DNA of 64,000 bases from Podarcis cretensis (GCA_951804945.1 OX638160.1:27280001-27344000); one strand, 5' to 3'; shown: positions 25,574 to 39,448, counted from the stretch's first letter. A program made the numbers and translations. Notes: generated by a model not told the origin, from the letters alone.

Positions 25574-28500
25574 GAACTAAGATCACCAGACTGGAGGAGA
25601 ACCAAAACCTAAAAAGAGAGCCAACACTATGAAGACACCATGGCCCTGCTTCCTTTCTCTCTCAGTGGTGGATTTCAGTCACAAGAAAAACAATGCTGGC
25701 AAGACCTTGTTCCCCTTCCCTCTCAGTTTATTTAAAACCTTGCACGCATTTTGATACCTTGTGATTTCAGAGACCTCTGTGAAGATTAAGCTTTTTTGCT
25801 TACTGATACATGGCATGTTCTCCCCCCCCCCCCCGCAGCCTTTTGTGTTGAGTTTATCTGGTTTTTCCACAGCAGCACATAACCCTTGTGAAGATATTTA
25901 TGCTTTCACCAGCAATGTCTTATTAAGACAACACATTTGGTGTTCACACTTCTTCAGTAATGTCTGTAGATAAAAGCCAGTCATGGCATGCCACAGTGTG
26001 TGTTTTCATCGAAATGTTCCACATATTTTGCAAATTGTCAGAAGGATACTTTAAGCTAAAGCAGAGCTTTCAAATTGGTTGTAACACAATCAGTATCTTA
26101 CAACTATGCCCATTTATTACTGCTAGAGGACATCACGTTCCTTTCTTTGACCATGGCAATAAGTGCATCTTAGTCACCCTGAGTTTGGTTACTCTGCCTA
26201 TGTTGCATAATTTGGCAGATTTTAAAACAGACTTCCACTATATATATAGTACTGAGTACTTCAAATATTTGAGACCTATTTAGAAAAAAGGGGTTTTGGG
26301 GTTCCACGTTTACTTTTTCCTGTAGCTTAGTTCATAATATATTCTAAAAAGGAAAATAAAGAAGTTGGGGGGGGGAATGAGTTTACATTAGGATAAGCAC
26401 TATGGTATAGAATCTGTAGTTGCTGAATGAGCCATTAAAAAGCCTAGTTTTTAATAGTCATCCGAACTCCAAATATTTGTTCTTCCAAACCAAAGCATCT
26501 TTCCAGTTATTTTTATAAGATGTTCAGATACGATTGGAAAATGCCTCTGTTACTGCATCTTCAAATGGGATTTTTCCCAATAATCGTTCAAATTTCTAAA
26601 GATTAAAGTAATTGGGAATTGAAGGGATTTCTATTCTTGTTTTGAGGGAGGATGGATGATGGAGCCTATGGGAATCTTATGGGCTGTAGCGGTTTCTGCC
26701 TACCATTCACCATCCCTAACATGATTAATAACACTTGTATTCTAGGAGATGGGGAGTGGGCAATCCAAAAAAATAAATTTGACATGCTTACAGTGGGGAT
26801 TTCTCATCCATTTATTCCAACAAAGAAAGCTTATTTGCCTTTCTAGTAAATCAGCTGCCTAAAAACACGTCTATTTTTGTAACACGTCGATTGTAGCATC
26901 TAATGCTATGTTAGAAAAAAAGGAGAAAACAGGGATATAGGACCCATTCTGTACTTTCATTTTGTAAACTGATGTCTTGATATTGTTTGGAGTTGGCAAA
27001 TTATTGATTTTGCAGAGGACTTGTTTTTAGCAAAAGGCAACAGTGGTAAATATTATTCTGTGATATTGATTCCAGTAGTTATACAATAATTAAAATATGC
27101 ACCTCCTAAATACCACCTAATTGCTACTACTAAAACTCAAACCCTAAATATCTCAAACTTTGTTTCTGTATCTGTGGAAACAAATAATCACAAAATATAA
27201 TAGAACACTTTGAACATAATACAGATGCCTTAACTATGACTTGCTTTGATTTTCGTATTCAACCTTTTGTACGTAATCTCCTTTTCCAAGTTAGGTCATA
27301 TTTAGTTGGATGTTTCAAGATGAGGGTTTCTTTTTTTAAAAAAAAGTATCTGTGCTTGCAAAAATGTGAGGAATCTTTGAGAATGTAACAAAGGTTCAAT
27401 TAGGAAAATGAGGGTAGATCTTTAGATGTAAATCTCTTGCTTTGGCAGCTTAAGGAGTGAGGGAGGCAATTACACTCCTTGTTGAGGCATCTGATGGTGT
27501 GATGTAGAGAGGAATTCTACTGAAGAGCGCTCATCTGTGGTTTAAATGCCTAGCACCTTACTGTCCTCAATTAATCAAAAGCTCAGAGCTTCTGCTTACG
27601 TTTTGTGAATGTGCGTATGTATGCTTTCAGTGCTTCCTCTATTTAAAATAGCCATTAATGCAACTGAACATATTGGCCTATAATATTTAGTTATCAGCTA
27701 TCGAAGTCTGAGAGCCAGCCCCACTCACTCCAATTACATGTTTTTGGAGTGATTTCCCATGGAGGATTACATACATAAAAACACTGCGTGAAAACTGAAA
27801 ATCCACACATTCGCCAAGAAGGATTTGTGGTCAGAATACTACGTCATTCCTAGATATTCCTGTTATAATCTGGCTTTTCAAAACCAGTGTTATTTTCCAC
27901 TTATATCCCTTCATACAAATCATTCCAAAAGCATGCATGAGAACAACAGTTTTGGCAGAGACCCTATATTTAGCTTCTTTTTTGTTCAAGGTGCTGAGAT
28001 TCCAACAGAATTCCATGTACTTCAAGCAACTAAATTTTAAACCAGCTTGAACTTTATAGTTGTATTGGGGTGGGGGGTTAATTGTCACTGCAGTGTAAGA
28101 GGAATACATATAAGGGTTGTGTGATGGGCTGAAATTGTGCAGTATGATCTGCTGTATCCACATCATCAGGCTGGCCAAGAGAAAAATCCAGTGCAGTATA
28201 GTTAACCCATGCAAGTCCTCAACAAAGAGAGTAGTAATTATAAAACCATGCCCCTTTTTAGAGCATACTCCAACCCCAAAATATATTCCAATGTTCTATA
28301 TTTTTCTGCCAAGTCCGAAGGCTAGATAATTTGGTTCATAACTCCCTCTACGCCATTTTCCCCCTCTAATGATTCTCTTAAGGGCCACTCAGGCAAAACC
28401 GCTAATTTCCAGAACTTTATTCTGGAGGTTTAAGGCAATCCTGGAGAGCTTTGAACACTACATAACACAGGTTTTTAAATGTTACATCTACCTCCACCAT

Positions 28501-29975
28501 CAGCTGTGCAAGCTTTCTCTGCATCTGAACATTGTGCCCTTGACTGCAGCAGGAGATGGGAATCTTGCGCTCTGGGCACTCCAAAGTCCCTTGCACTGTT
28601 TCCCCTGTGTTATGAAGCCACTCTGAGCTTTGCAAGATTGCAACAAAAGCCAAAACTTGATACAGTTCCAGCCCTCCTTTCAGCTACTTGAAAAGAAACA
28701 ATTCTTATTCTCATTTCCCCATGTATATAACAATTGTGGGCTGATTCGTATGTTGCTGAAATGGAGGTTGTTGCTTTCCCATAATTGAATCCCGTACTTT
28801 TGCAGTAACAGTTGAATGAGCTTTATCACATGGGTAGATGTAAAGTCTACCTACAGGATCCAACTATTCTGCATGATTCTGTGCTTCAAATGCATAGCCA
28901 GAGAACTAGCAATAGAGGACCAGAGGTGGGTAGAGCCACAACCGTGCTGTTTTGATAACATAGATTGGGCCTATGTGATTGGTATTAGAAATGCGACAGC
29001 TTTCCTTTTCCTTACAGTACTCCTGAACTGCACCCCTTCTTGTTTTAGTGGGCTTACCAATGAGGAGAGGAGACTCACAGTTCTGAAGCTGTGAAGAGCT
29101 TCAGCTTGCAGTCAACAATAAGAGTTTGCTGTAATGTTGATTTTTCTTCTCAGAGGAACCCTACCAAACATGCAGAACACCTAAACAGTGGAGTAGTATA
29201 GGCATTACTTACCTATATGGTACCCTTGGGGTTATCTTAGGAATAAAGTGGTTAAGTAGCAGTAGAAATTTTAATGCACAATTAAACTTTGGGGTTCAAG
29301 TCTTCCTTTCAACATTTGGAAGAGCTTTACATAGACATTTCCTATTTATTCTGGTTTGGAAAAATCCTCACATCTCTCAGTGGTGAGGGCAACAGACCCT
29401 AAGTGTGATCTTTAATGTGTGTGCACAATGGACTACGAACTGTGTGCTCCATACAAAACCTTATTATTGTTTTTATAACCTAATAGGATAAATGGCATTT
29501 AGACTGTACAGACTGGCACTGAATATAGATGCCATATAAATAGATGTTCTGTTATTGGCCATAACTAAACCTTCTCTCTTGACATAAAGGTGTGGAGGTA
29601 ATTATATTTGTTGTTGCCTTGCAATATTCTCAAAAGCAAAAACAAAGGATGCACTAAGAAATTCCCTAATCCCAGAAAACTGCCCTTCTGCAGTACTATA
29701 TTCAAAATCTTCCCTTGCTGGGGCTCTTTATATAAGGCACAAAAGTGCTCTTTTTAACAGGGGTTTGGTACTCAAACAATGTTAATATTAAATATGTATA
29801 CATACATATAGCCACACAATTTAGAATGACAGCTTAGTAAGCAGTATGGTTAAGTAAATGTTACATTGTTTGTTTTCAATGTGTAATTTGTCTGTATTAT
29901 GAAAGATGTAATGGTTCGTCAGGTGTTGACTGTTTTCATGTAATATTATATTGAATAAAGTATCAAAGGATTTCT
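25574..29975 (+). other. CDK14: Putative terminal non-coding exon (3' UTR) of CDK14
   Basis: Splice acceptor tgtactttctgttggtttttacAG at 25572-25573; ~4.4 kb free of recognisable TEs; AATAAA at 29954-29959 followed by U/GU-rich sequence. The block tttatttaaaaccttgcacgcatt...gtgaagattaagc...ttactgatacatggcatg resembles my recollection of the human CDK14 3' UTR, and CDK14 lies directly upstream of FZD1 on the same strand in human. Needs BLAST confirmation. Confidence 0.65.
29954..29959 (+). terminator. Polyadenylation signal of the putative CDK14 transcript
   Basis: AATAAA preceded by TGTA motifs and followed by T/GT-rich sequence. Confidence 0.55.
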
Positions 29976-31684
29976 ATGCTTCTTGGTAGTTTTATGTACA
30001 ATTAGTACCACAATTCAAAAAATTTAAAAATGTATGGAGAACATATGAGAATGGGAAAGGAGAGCTTTTAGTTTAAGGGGTTTGAATTGCTTCCACTGGC
30101 TTTATTGATAAATTTACTTTTTGAGAACAAATTGCAGCACAATATTGTCATTTGTTCATTCCCTCTGGGTTTAAACTGATGGTGGCAATGAGATCTTGAA
30201 TTAACAAGAAATGTCCTGTTTGTTCATTACCCTGTGGTTATATTTCGTTCAAGATACAGGACAAAAATACAAATTCAGAGGCTGTGCTTAAGGCAACCTT
30301 CTTTCTACACAGGATCAAAGTACCACCATTGGGGGGCGGGGAACCACTAACACTCTTCAAAACAATATAATTTGGTTATGTGGATATAGCTCATATTTCA
30401 AGTTGCTTCTTAGCTGTACCTCTTGCCAAGTTCAGCCTGGCTGTTACCACCAAGAAAGCTTTTGCTGTAATAGCTACTGCTCCCCAGAGGAAAGTAAAAC
30501 CAGAGGGAAGGTGTTTGAGCAACCCTGTGCCACTAGGTTAATGCACAGCTTTTCAGAATAATGGCCGCCATTGTAAATCATAGCAGTGTGAACCCTACAG
30601 CAGCAGAACAGCCCGCTGCTACCAGTGGGGGGTGGTGTTATGGGCATTAGCTTTGAGAAGCTTATACTGCACAAGAGCGAGGAGGATAAAGGATACAAAT
30701 CAGGAAACTACTGACAAGACTTTTTATTATTAAAAAAAAAAAATCCAGGGCCTAGTATTTACTGTTCATTCCCCTTGTGAATAGTCGTATATATTGTCTG
30801 CAGTGAATCATGCTGAGAGTGTCAAGCACAATAGCTAAGAGCACACTAACGGTTCCACGGTTGTTCCTTCCAGTGGTGCTTGCTGAACAAGTAGAGCACA
30901 CAATTGCTAAGCTCTGTTCTATTTCCAGAGAGTTAGAGAGAGATGAATTTGTGATTAATTCACAGTGCTAATATTCCTGTCTCTACAGACGGTGGGAACA
31001 GCAGCATATTTCAGAATGAAAAGCTTTCTCCTCGGCCAGTAGCCAGGGCCACAAAACACTGACAGGAAAGAGATCTTTCTCCACATTGTCCAAACTTTGC
31101 TCCTGCTAGGTAAAATAAAGCTCTGCTTGTGCTGGACACTATCTTCTTAACCACTGATGGCCAGACCGAACACATCAAGCTTAGGAAATTTCTCCTTTTC
31201 CCCCCTGTCCCAGTGACAAATACTAACATGAAGAGAAACAACTTAGCAGTGGATTACCTTATTCCCTACTTTCAAGGCCTTGTGGAGTGAGAACAATTAG
31301 CATGCTCAAAACTGGCTATCTCTTTGCCCATCCACCTGATGGTCACAGAATGAACTGAAGAACTGTGCCTCCAGGCACACACACTTGTATCTATACGTGG
31401 CCATTTTAATGGCAGCAAATGCTTATGAAGTGGTTGTAAAAATAATTCGACCTCTAGCCAACCAAAGCACATTTCATGATCAGAGATGTCACTTCCTCAA
31501 GACTGGAATGGGTCAAATTTCTCTTCTTATCAGTGAAAGCATTATTATACCCTGAGCTTGCTGGGTGGCTTCTAAAGAGGGGTAAAGCTGGAGGCAAAAT
31601 AGTAAATAATGTCACATACGGTTGCCATTTATTGAAATTAATTTTTTTGTTACCTTTGTGGGGTTTGAGCAGAGAACTCAAACC

Positions 31685-32287
31685 TGTCATGGATTGTCTG
31701 GATGCAGAAGGGTGGTGGGAATCTCCAAGGGAAGGAGGCTCAGAGGCAGGGGATTGGTGGAGGGATGATAATGAGTGGTCAGAGGGAGAAGATGGAGAAG
31801 ACTGGGAGAAGTTGTTGGAAGCTGAAGAGGTAACGGGGTTTAGTGAGCAGGAAGAGCCTGTGGCAGAGAGCAGTCCAGAACCAGAGGCAGAAGAGGAGGC
31901 TGGAGAGGAGTGGTGGCCAAGAAACAGCAACGTGTTAGGCTGATGAGGAAGCCAAACTGTCTCCCCCTCCTGCTGTGACCAGCTCCCCTCCCCTGTGGTC
32001 TCCCAGAACCTGAAGAGGTATGATGAGGACAGAGCAAAAGCAGGCAAGATGATGAAGCCTCAGATTGCTTGGGAAGGAACTGGGGGAGGATGGGGCTTTG
32101 CAAGTGGTGGAAAGGCGGGAACCTTCAATCCTCACAAGTGTCTCATAGAGGCAAATTCTACTGGGAAGAGTTGCTTGTGCTCACTAGGTCTGGCCTCCTG
32201 AGTTGTCTTGTTTCTTTGAATAAAGAGTTAACTTCACTGAAGCCATGTGAGTTACTGCTGACCTGCTCCTAGCACCTGCTCCTGACA
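31685..32287 (+). mobile_element. Solo LTR (603 bp)
   Basis: TGTCA...TGACA termini, purine-rich U3, AATAAA at ~32219, degenerate 5-bp flanks (aaacc/gcacc). Confidence 0.75.
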
Positions 32288-32347
32288 GCACCTTTTGATA
32301 AGACCAAGACTGGAGCCCAGTTCAAAAGCTGTCTTGTTTGCCTAAAG

Positions 32348-32463
32348 CAGCGTTGGAGAACATGCAGTCCTCCAGATGTTGGGACTCCCATCTCCATCAG
32401 CCCCAGACGGCATGATCAATGGTCAGGGATGGTGGGAGATGGATACCAAATAATCTATGGAGG
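32348..32463. mobile_element. Short hAT-type MITE, truncated by an L2-like tail at 32465-32560
   Basis: cctccagatgttgggactcccat...cagcccc core shared with 39327-39448 and 57715-57837. Confidence 0.7.
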
Positions 32464-33417
32464 ATTATTATTATTTATTAGGTTTCTATACCATTCTTCA
32501 TCTGAGGATCACAGGGCAGTTTGCAATATAAAAGCACAAAAATACATGCCATAATAAACAATATGCACTTTCTGTATTTCTTCGGCACTTTGTCTTTTCC
32601 AGTTAACACAACTTCCTAGTTCTTGTGACATTTTATGCTACTTCATTGCTGAGGTAACTGGCACACATTCAAACCATAAATAATAGCTTAGGGGATGCAT
32701 TGCAAGAGAACTGATTTGATTTTAGTGGGGGGCAGGACTGAAATTTTGTTCTCTTTTTGGCAACATCTACTTTTGTACTTTTTCTTTTCTGGAAATTCTG
32801 CAAAGAGAAGGTGCTACATCGCTATCAGTATTTTGATCTTGGAACAAACCATTCTGGCTTGGAGGCCTAAAGGCAGCAATTCTTAGAATGTTTTTCCACA
32901 ACCAAGACTGTGCTTCCAAGCTGGGAATTATCTCACAAAACACACACTACTTCAGAATCTAGACTGTCTTGCATCAATAGTGTGCGAACAAGCTGTGCAT
33001 TCTAACAGCACCAAGAGAGACAACTGCTGATGCCCAGTTGGACATTTGGGAGCTGCCTGCTGTCTTGCATTTCCTGCTGAGAACCCTTGGGAAATATAAG
33101 GGCAGGGGAGAAAGATTTGATGTCAGAGAGAGAGAGAGAGAGAGAGGAATAGGAATGATGGCAGCTCAGAGAGACAGCAGTAAGTTGAAGGAAAGGAAGG
33201 GTAGGAGGAAATTCATCTTTGAGAAAGAAACACAAAGTTTGCAGCTGAGGAAAGTAAGAAATGTTAAAGGGTACAAGATCAATTAGCATGGAGATACTGG
33301 GACAAAAAACTATTATAATGCACTAGTTGAGTTATCCAAGTCTATAGTTACTCAACTGCTTGAATATCAAATACTATGGAAACAAAAATGCAGAACTGTT
33401 GTGGTTGGGAGGGATAT

Positions 33418-33448
33418 TGTGTGTGTGTGTGTGCGCGCGCGTGCGCAC
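33418..33448. repeat. (TG)n(CG)n alternating purine-pyrimidine tract
   Basis: tgtgtgtgtgtgtgtgcgcgcgcgtgcgcac. Confidence 0.9.
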
Positions 33449-34271
33449 TCCACTTCCCCCAAAAGGTGAGAAGTTCCAGGAGCAATAATATAGAACATAA
33501 GAGGAGTTCTGATGGATCGGTTCAGTCCTATCCAACTATACCCAGTATACAACTATGTTTCTACTCACAGCAGACCTATTGAAAATCAATTGAATTAATT
33601 TAGTCTTTTCAGTAGGTCTACACTGAGTACAGCTACCACTGGATACAAGCCAGAAGGAATTAGGCCCACTCCCAGTGTGTTCCTCATTCATTCTTTCTTT
33701 CAATCTTCTGGTAGAATTCAGTGCTTCTTTAATGTAGCATCATGCAAGGGCACACATAGGGTTGGACCAAATTGGCTCCTGACAAGGCCTGGGGTGTGGG
33801 TGCAAAAATTGTCACTGCTGCCCTGGCTCAGAGTGTCTAGGCGCCAGCCAGCCCATCTGGGGCTGCCCCTCCGCTGCCTGGGTTGCCAGGCGAGGTGCAC
33901 AGATTTCTCTGGGTGCCTCAGTGAAGGAATCCAGTCACTGGTATGAGCTGTTGCAGTAGCCCTGTGGGGCCTCCTCCCTAGAAGGCCACCAGCCCTATCA
34001 GAAGATTGAGCCGAGTGCCCAGCAGAGCTCAGAGGGAAGGAAGAGTCTAGGTACACTTCTGGTGGAGTGCAAAAGGCAACGAAAAGCAAAGTTTCTGGTC
34101 CATGGTCTCCTTGCCATGGTCTCCTTGCCAAGGGAGCCTAGGTACGCCTCTGGAGCCATGCAGCAACAGAAGGCAGCACCACATTAAAACAAAAATACTG
34201 ATTTACATCTGCGAAGGAGAAATCAATAGCTTTCTCCCAAACACACATCTTTGATTTCATTCTCAGTCTTA

Positions 34272-34470
34272 TAAAAACATAAGAGCCCTGTTGGGTAAGA
34301 CACAAGGGCCCTCCAGCCCAGCATCCTATGCCCGACAACCCAACCAGGTGCCAGTGGGACCTGGCATAAGCACAACCCGAGTGGAATAACACTCTCCCCT
34401 CTTGTGATTTTGAGCAACTGATATTCAGAGGCATACTGCCTCCTACACCAGACATAGTTTACAGCTGTCA
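34272..34470 (-). mobile_element. CR1-family 3' UTR fragment
   Basis: Reverse-complement similarity to 47500-47680 and 63938-64000 (aacataagag...cagcatcct). Confidence 0.6.
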
Positions 34471-34818
34471 CAACAAGGGACCATTGATACTTTGCACTCC
34501 ATCAAGCTCACCCTCAATATTTTGCTCACAAGAATGGAATAGACCCCCAATACTAAATTACTATTAAAAAGCAAATGTACCAGGTTTGTTTTAATGTGTG
34601 CAATGGCAGTCCTGGGTTACCAGTCTTTAGCACAAGGGGTGTGGGTGGGTGTATACGTACATGTTTATTTGGCTTTGGTAAGTCTGATAATTTATAAAAC
34701 AGCCTTTTTAGCTATTTTTTAAAAGGCTTTTATATTGTGCTGACACACAGTGATTATGCTCTTTGGATAGTTATTATATAGTGTTTGTTTCTCCTCATTT
34801 TGCACTGCAAATTTAATG

Positions 34819-35044
34819 CAGTGGTACCTCAGGTTAAGTACTTAATTCGTTCCGGAGGTCCGTTCTTAACCTGAAACTGTTCTTAACCTGAAGCACCACT
34901 TTAGCTAATGGGGCCTCCTGCTGCTGCTGCGCGGCCAGAGCACGATTTCTGTTCTCATCCTGAAGCAAAGTTCTTAACCCGAGGTAATATTTCTGGGTTA
35001 GCGGAGTCTGTAACCTGAAGCGTATGTAACCCGAGGTACCACTG
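34819..35044 (+). mobile_element. Tigger/pogo-type MITE, copy 3 (longest copy)
   Basis: CAGTGGTACCTCAGGTTA ... TAACCCGAGGTACCACTG-TA; the left TSD reads TG. Confidence 0.9.
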
Positions 35045-36154
35045 TATATTTATTGAAAAGTGGTAGTGTTGACTGACATTGATATTTACAGACGCATATT
35101 TTAATATGTCACTTACCGGTAGTTTGAGGTTCACACTCTTTTTTTTTTTTTTTTGCTTTGTTGCTCACCAAGGTAAGGTAGGGTATAATATAAACTCAGA
35201 ATTCAAAATAACATCCTAAGTCATCTTTTAAAAGCTTCCCCACAGACCAATAATGTATCTGCTTGAGAAAATTTACTTCTAAATTGAGATGCTAATATCT
35301 ACAATCCTGAGAGGCCAATTGTTTTAGTTTGGAGGGATGCAAAGTCTGTTGACTTGCATCCCTTGAGAAGTTGTTCATATATTGAAGTGTTTCTTTTAAC
35401 AGTAGCAAGCATTTCCCAGGGTTAGCCTCATGTACATATAAAATAGTATGCTCTGACCCAGACAAGGACAGCATCAGAGAGCATGACAATTCAGATTATA
35501 AATATGAATGAAATTATTCATATTTGCATTATTTTGTTGGTCAGTACAGAGTTGTGAAGCATGGGTGATATCCAACTTTAATGATACTCAAAACAAACCA
35601 TTGAAAGCTGTAGAATTAAGGTACATTGATTTCAATGGGTGCTATTCAACACTGCACTCTTCCAATCATTCTGTCTGCACAAGCTTTTCAATTTGCTGAA
35701 CCGAATGATTCCTCCCTCCTCCCCCTTGCATTCTTCTGGGGGTTCTTCCTGAATCTCCTAGAGCCTATTTTGGGGGAAGAATGTGTGCACAAGAGGAAGT
35801 GGGGGAGCTCCACTGGCAAAAGCAAAAAGTCTGTGTGGGTCTTCTGCCAGCAAGGCTGGCTCAATGGGTCTACTCTATAAGTGTGACTAACATTGAATAT
35901 CACCCTGTGTTATCTTTTACTTTACTGGATATATTTCGTTTTTAAAAATTTGTACATGGCTTGGAAACTGGTTATATTAAGCAGTTTGTGATTTATTTAT
36001 TTTTGTAAAATGAACTATTGCTGTTGACTCTACTATTACATGTAAATGCTTCTAATCTAAAAGGTAGCTTGGGTTTGGATCCAGAAATGCATAACTTGAA
36101 AGCCAAAATGGAAACTTGGGACTAGATCCAGGCTCAGTTTTAGATGATGTTTAT

Positions 36155-36351
36155 GGGGAAGAGCCATAGCTCATTGGTAGAGCATGTGCTTTGCTCACAG
36201 AAGGTCCTAAATTCAATCTCTGGCATCTCTAGGTAAGGCTGGGTGAGAGCACAGTCTGAAATCCTGGACAGCTGCTGCCAACCAGTGCAGGCAATACTGA
36301 GCTAGGTAGACAATGGTCTAATTCAGTATAAGGCAGCTTGCCAATGTTCCT
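36155..36351 (+). mobile_element. tRNA-derived SINE (Squam3-like)
   Basis: Head tagctcattggtagagcatgtgctttgc...aggtcctaaattcaatc with Pol III A box and degenerate B box, followed by a SINE body. Confidence 0.8.
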
Positions 36352-37382
36352 TCCTGTGCTCCTAGTTAGTTTAACTTAGTTCTCACTGTTATCACTCAGG
36401 CTTCACTTAGCCCTGATTTGCTTGTTAACTTGAAACCCAACTGATGCAGGGGGAACTAATTTAATCTAACTTATTGTCCAGATGCATCCCTGTGTTTCAT
36501 TGTGGAGGGGATTCTGTTTTCCCAGGAGACTGTCCACCTGGGATGGAAGAAAGGAACAGAGGGATCTATAAACATGCCAGTATCATTCCACACTAGAAAA
36601 CTGAAACAGTTGTCTCTTGAGCTCTTTCATATATTTCAGGGGTGAGGTACCTTTGGCTCTCCTGATGCTGATAACCTACATTTCCCATCTGTCCCAGCTA
36701 GCAAGGCCAATAGCCAGGGACGATGGAAGTCATAGTTCAGAAATATCTGAAGGGTCAAAGATTCCCCACATTTTGATTTGTTTGTTTATTTGTAGCATGG
36801 CAATGACACTTCCTTGTTTGGCTGTATGTTTGGCTTGCACATGCATATTTGAACCAGCTGCCAAAAAATGTGTTTCTGCTAATATTTACTCGCCAGTTTA
36901 TTTACTTGTTCAGTTTGGCCATATGTGCTTACAGTAAACCTTAAGAGCCATGATTTACAGCAATGGTTGCACAGGTCAAATTTCAATTACCCTGGCCTCT
37001 AACCCCAATGTCCCACTGTTCATTCTTCTTAGCAACAGACATGACATTTTTCCTGTAGAATTTGTGGATGCTACCTATTGTCAGGAAAGTTCCTCTTATA
37101 GTGCACCTAGGTCTCTTTTCTGGTGGAAATGTGAATTCATTTGAGGGGGTGGACGTGGAGTGACATCTGCTTCTCTCACTTGCTATAAGACGGCATGTCT
37201 CAAAGCGCAGGCAAAGCAGGTGGCTTGGCCCTTGCTCTCTTTAGACAATTGCAGCTTAAGGGGGGGAGCCGCAGGAGGTGCTTCCTGGAGCTCCTGCTCA
37301 CTCTGCGCATCTAGGTATATGCCACTCTCCCTGAAGATACGGTTTTGCTGCAGTTTAAGTCCATTAAAATTCGTAGGCACCT

Positions 37383-37960
37383 ATTTTTAAAAAGACTCAA
37401 GGCATTGTGCAGTAGATTAAATTACACAAAAAATCCATACAAGACAACAATATAAAATGATACCATAGTCACAGCATGCTATGCTACTGGATAAAAAGTA
37501 TCAGGGATAATCAACTAAGGCAGGCAGAAAGCAACTCCCATATCTCATCAGGTCCTTGGGGGGAGAGGAATGTCGCTACCAAGTGCTGAAAAGCTTTTCA
37601 CATATAGGGGGCCACTACTGAAAAGGCCCTTTGTCACCACTCTCTGAACCACCCTTGGAAAGGCACCTGGAAGTGGGCTTCAGGGGTTGACCTAAGGTTG
37701 TAACCAGGGTCATGGTGGCAGAAGTGTTCTGTCAAGTACTGGGGTCTCAAAATGTATAGGCAGCCAGGCCAGGATAGGTGCTACATGATCTGGTCTGTGG
37801 TTTCAGTCATCAATCTGGCCACTTGCCCTTCTGCGTCAGATACAGTTTCCAAACTGCCTTCAAAGGCAACCCCATTTAAAGCTCATTACAGTAATCAAAC
37901 CTGGAGCTTATATACCGCACATTCTTCCTTCCCCCACCAAACTGAAAAATTATGGCATTA
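37383..37960 (-). mobile_element. Old L2 LINE 3' fragment
   Basis: Decayed similarity to 17492-18060 (gggggccactactgaaaaggccct; ccttcaaaggcaacccca). Confidence 0.65.
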
Positions 37961-39326
37961 AAGGCATATGGGATGGAGACTTCTTCACTGCTCTGCCTCA
38001 CACAGTCTTCGAGTTTATTAAATATAATTAAGCTCGCTTTATAAAAGGGCAACATTGCAGCTCTTGAAAGTGGGGCTGACACATGTATGGAAATACATAG
38101 GCCATATGGATCTGCCTCTCCCTTTGTGCCACTCTCTTTGCATTGTTGCCTGACACTGAGGAGGGGGAGAGAAGTCAGCCAGAGCCGCTGAACACAAGAC
38201 TGCGAAGGAAGTCGTTTCCCTAGTAACAATAACCATGTAGCAGATCTCAGAACTTCTTGCCCTTTCTTATGGGATTTTGTTTTGTTGTTTGTTTGTTTTT
38301 CCTGGGTCAGACAGAGTAGAGGCAAAAGAAAAAGGAGGGGGAGGAGGAGGAGAAGGAGGAGAAAAAGCCAGCTAAAAAGCATCTCTTATCAGCTTGCTTG
38401 TGAGGAAGAAAAAGTCTAGAGACTCAAACATGTCAGCTGTGTTTGCTGAAGGTGCCGTGGCTGACTTTGTTATCCTTCTTTCAAAACAAAGCAAAAACTA
38501 ATGCTGCAGACCCAGCCATCAGGTGCACCAAGGATGGGTCCAGCTCAGCAGCTTCTGGCTCAGTCTTGCCTTTCTCTCCCAACCGCTAATTTATGACTGC
38601 TTTCTCCAGCAGCCCTGCTGTGTCTGGTAGCCTTGCCTCCAGTTGGACAACCTGTGGCTTGGGGCTCAAGTGTCACTCTTGCCACAAACAGCAGTGCCAC
38701 AAGGCAAGATGGTCGTGGTGCAGGGGTCCTTCAGGATTTGTAGCCAAGACAAACATCCAGGCCCAGCACCCGGTACCCTAAGGCAGCTGCCAGGTCTCCA
38801 GAGCTAGTCCCCAGCAGTGGGTTCACCTGATGCATTGTAATTTATGCATGTACCCAATACTGATGAATTGTAAGGTGAAAAAGGACACAGTTAGAAAAGG
38901 AAGAAAGGATCCACAGTGAGGTGGATGGAAGTCACATTCAAAGAGTAGAAGGTGATTTAATATATCGGCGACATATGATGTTGAATCTTTTTATCATGTA
39001 TTGGTCTTTCTCGGGATTTTTTCCTTTTTCCTTTTTTAATTTTCTTTTTAACAACAAATGAAATAGTTGTAAGACTTAATAAAAGCAATAAAGAGCATTT
39101 AAAAAACGTAATTTATATATGTACCACAGTCCTATCTATCCTGTGACACTTGGGTTGATATCAAAGAAAGGTATTGTCCTACTATAGAATTCTGATTCCT
39201 CCACCCACATGCCATGGACCATCATGGGTTTCTACACTTTCACTGCAGAAGAATACTTAGTCCTGTTGGTGCAAAGGTTGACAGGAAGACTTACACATTA
39301 CCTTTAAGTGTGCATTGCTTGTGCAG

Positions 39327-39448
39327 CAGGAATAGGGAATCTGTGGCCCTCCAGATGTTGTTGGATTGCAACTACCCTCATCTCTGGCATGCTGACTGTG
39401 GCTGACAGAGTCCAAAAACATTTGGGGGGCACCTATTCCCCATCCCTG
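39327..39448. mobile_element. Short hAT-type MITE
   Basis: caggaatagggaatctgtggccctccagatgtt ... aacatttggggggcacctattccccatccctg inverted termini. Confidence 0.75.

Noticed and set aside
31454-32047. Acidic 155-aa ORF (+) and Ser-rich 197-aa ORF (-)
   Set aside because: Both run through the purine-rich solo LTR; compositional artefacts.
36155-36230. tRNA gene
   Set aside because: Degenerate B box and acceptor stem, continuing into a SINE body with other copies in the window.
38880-39105. Possible L1-type 3' end with AATAAA and a short A-tail
   Set aside because: No diagnostic protein motif or TSD; too weak to call.
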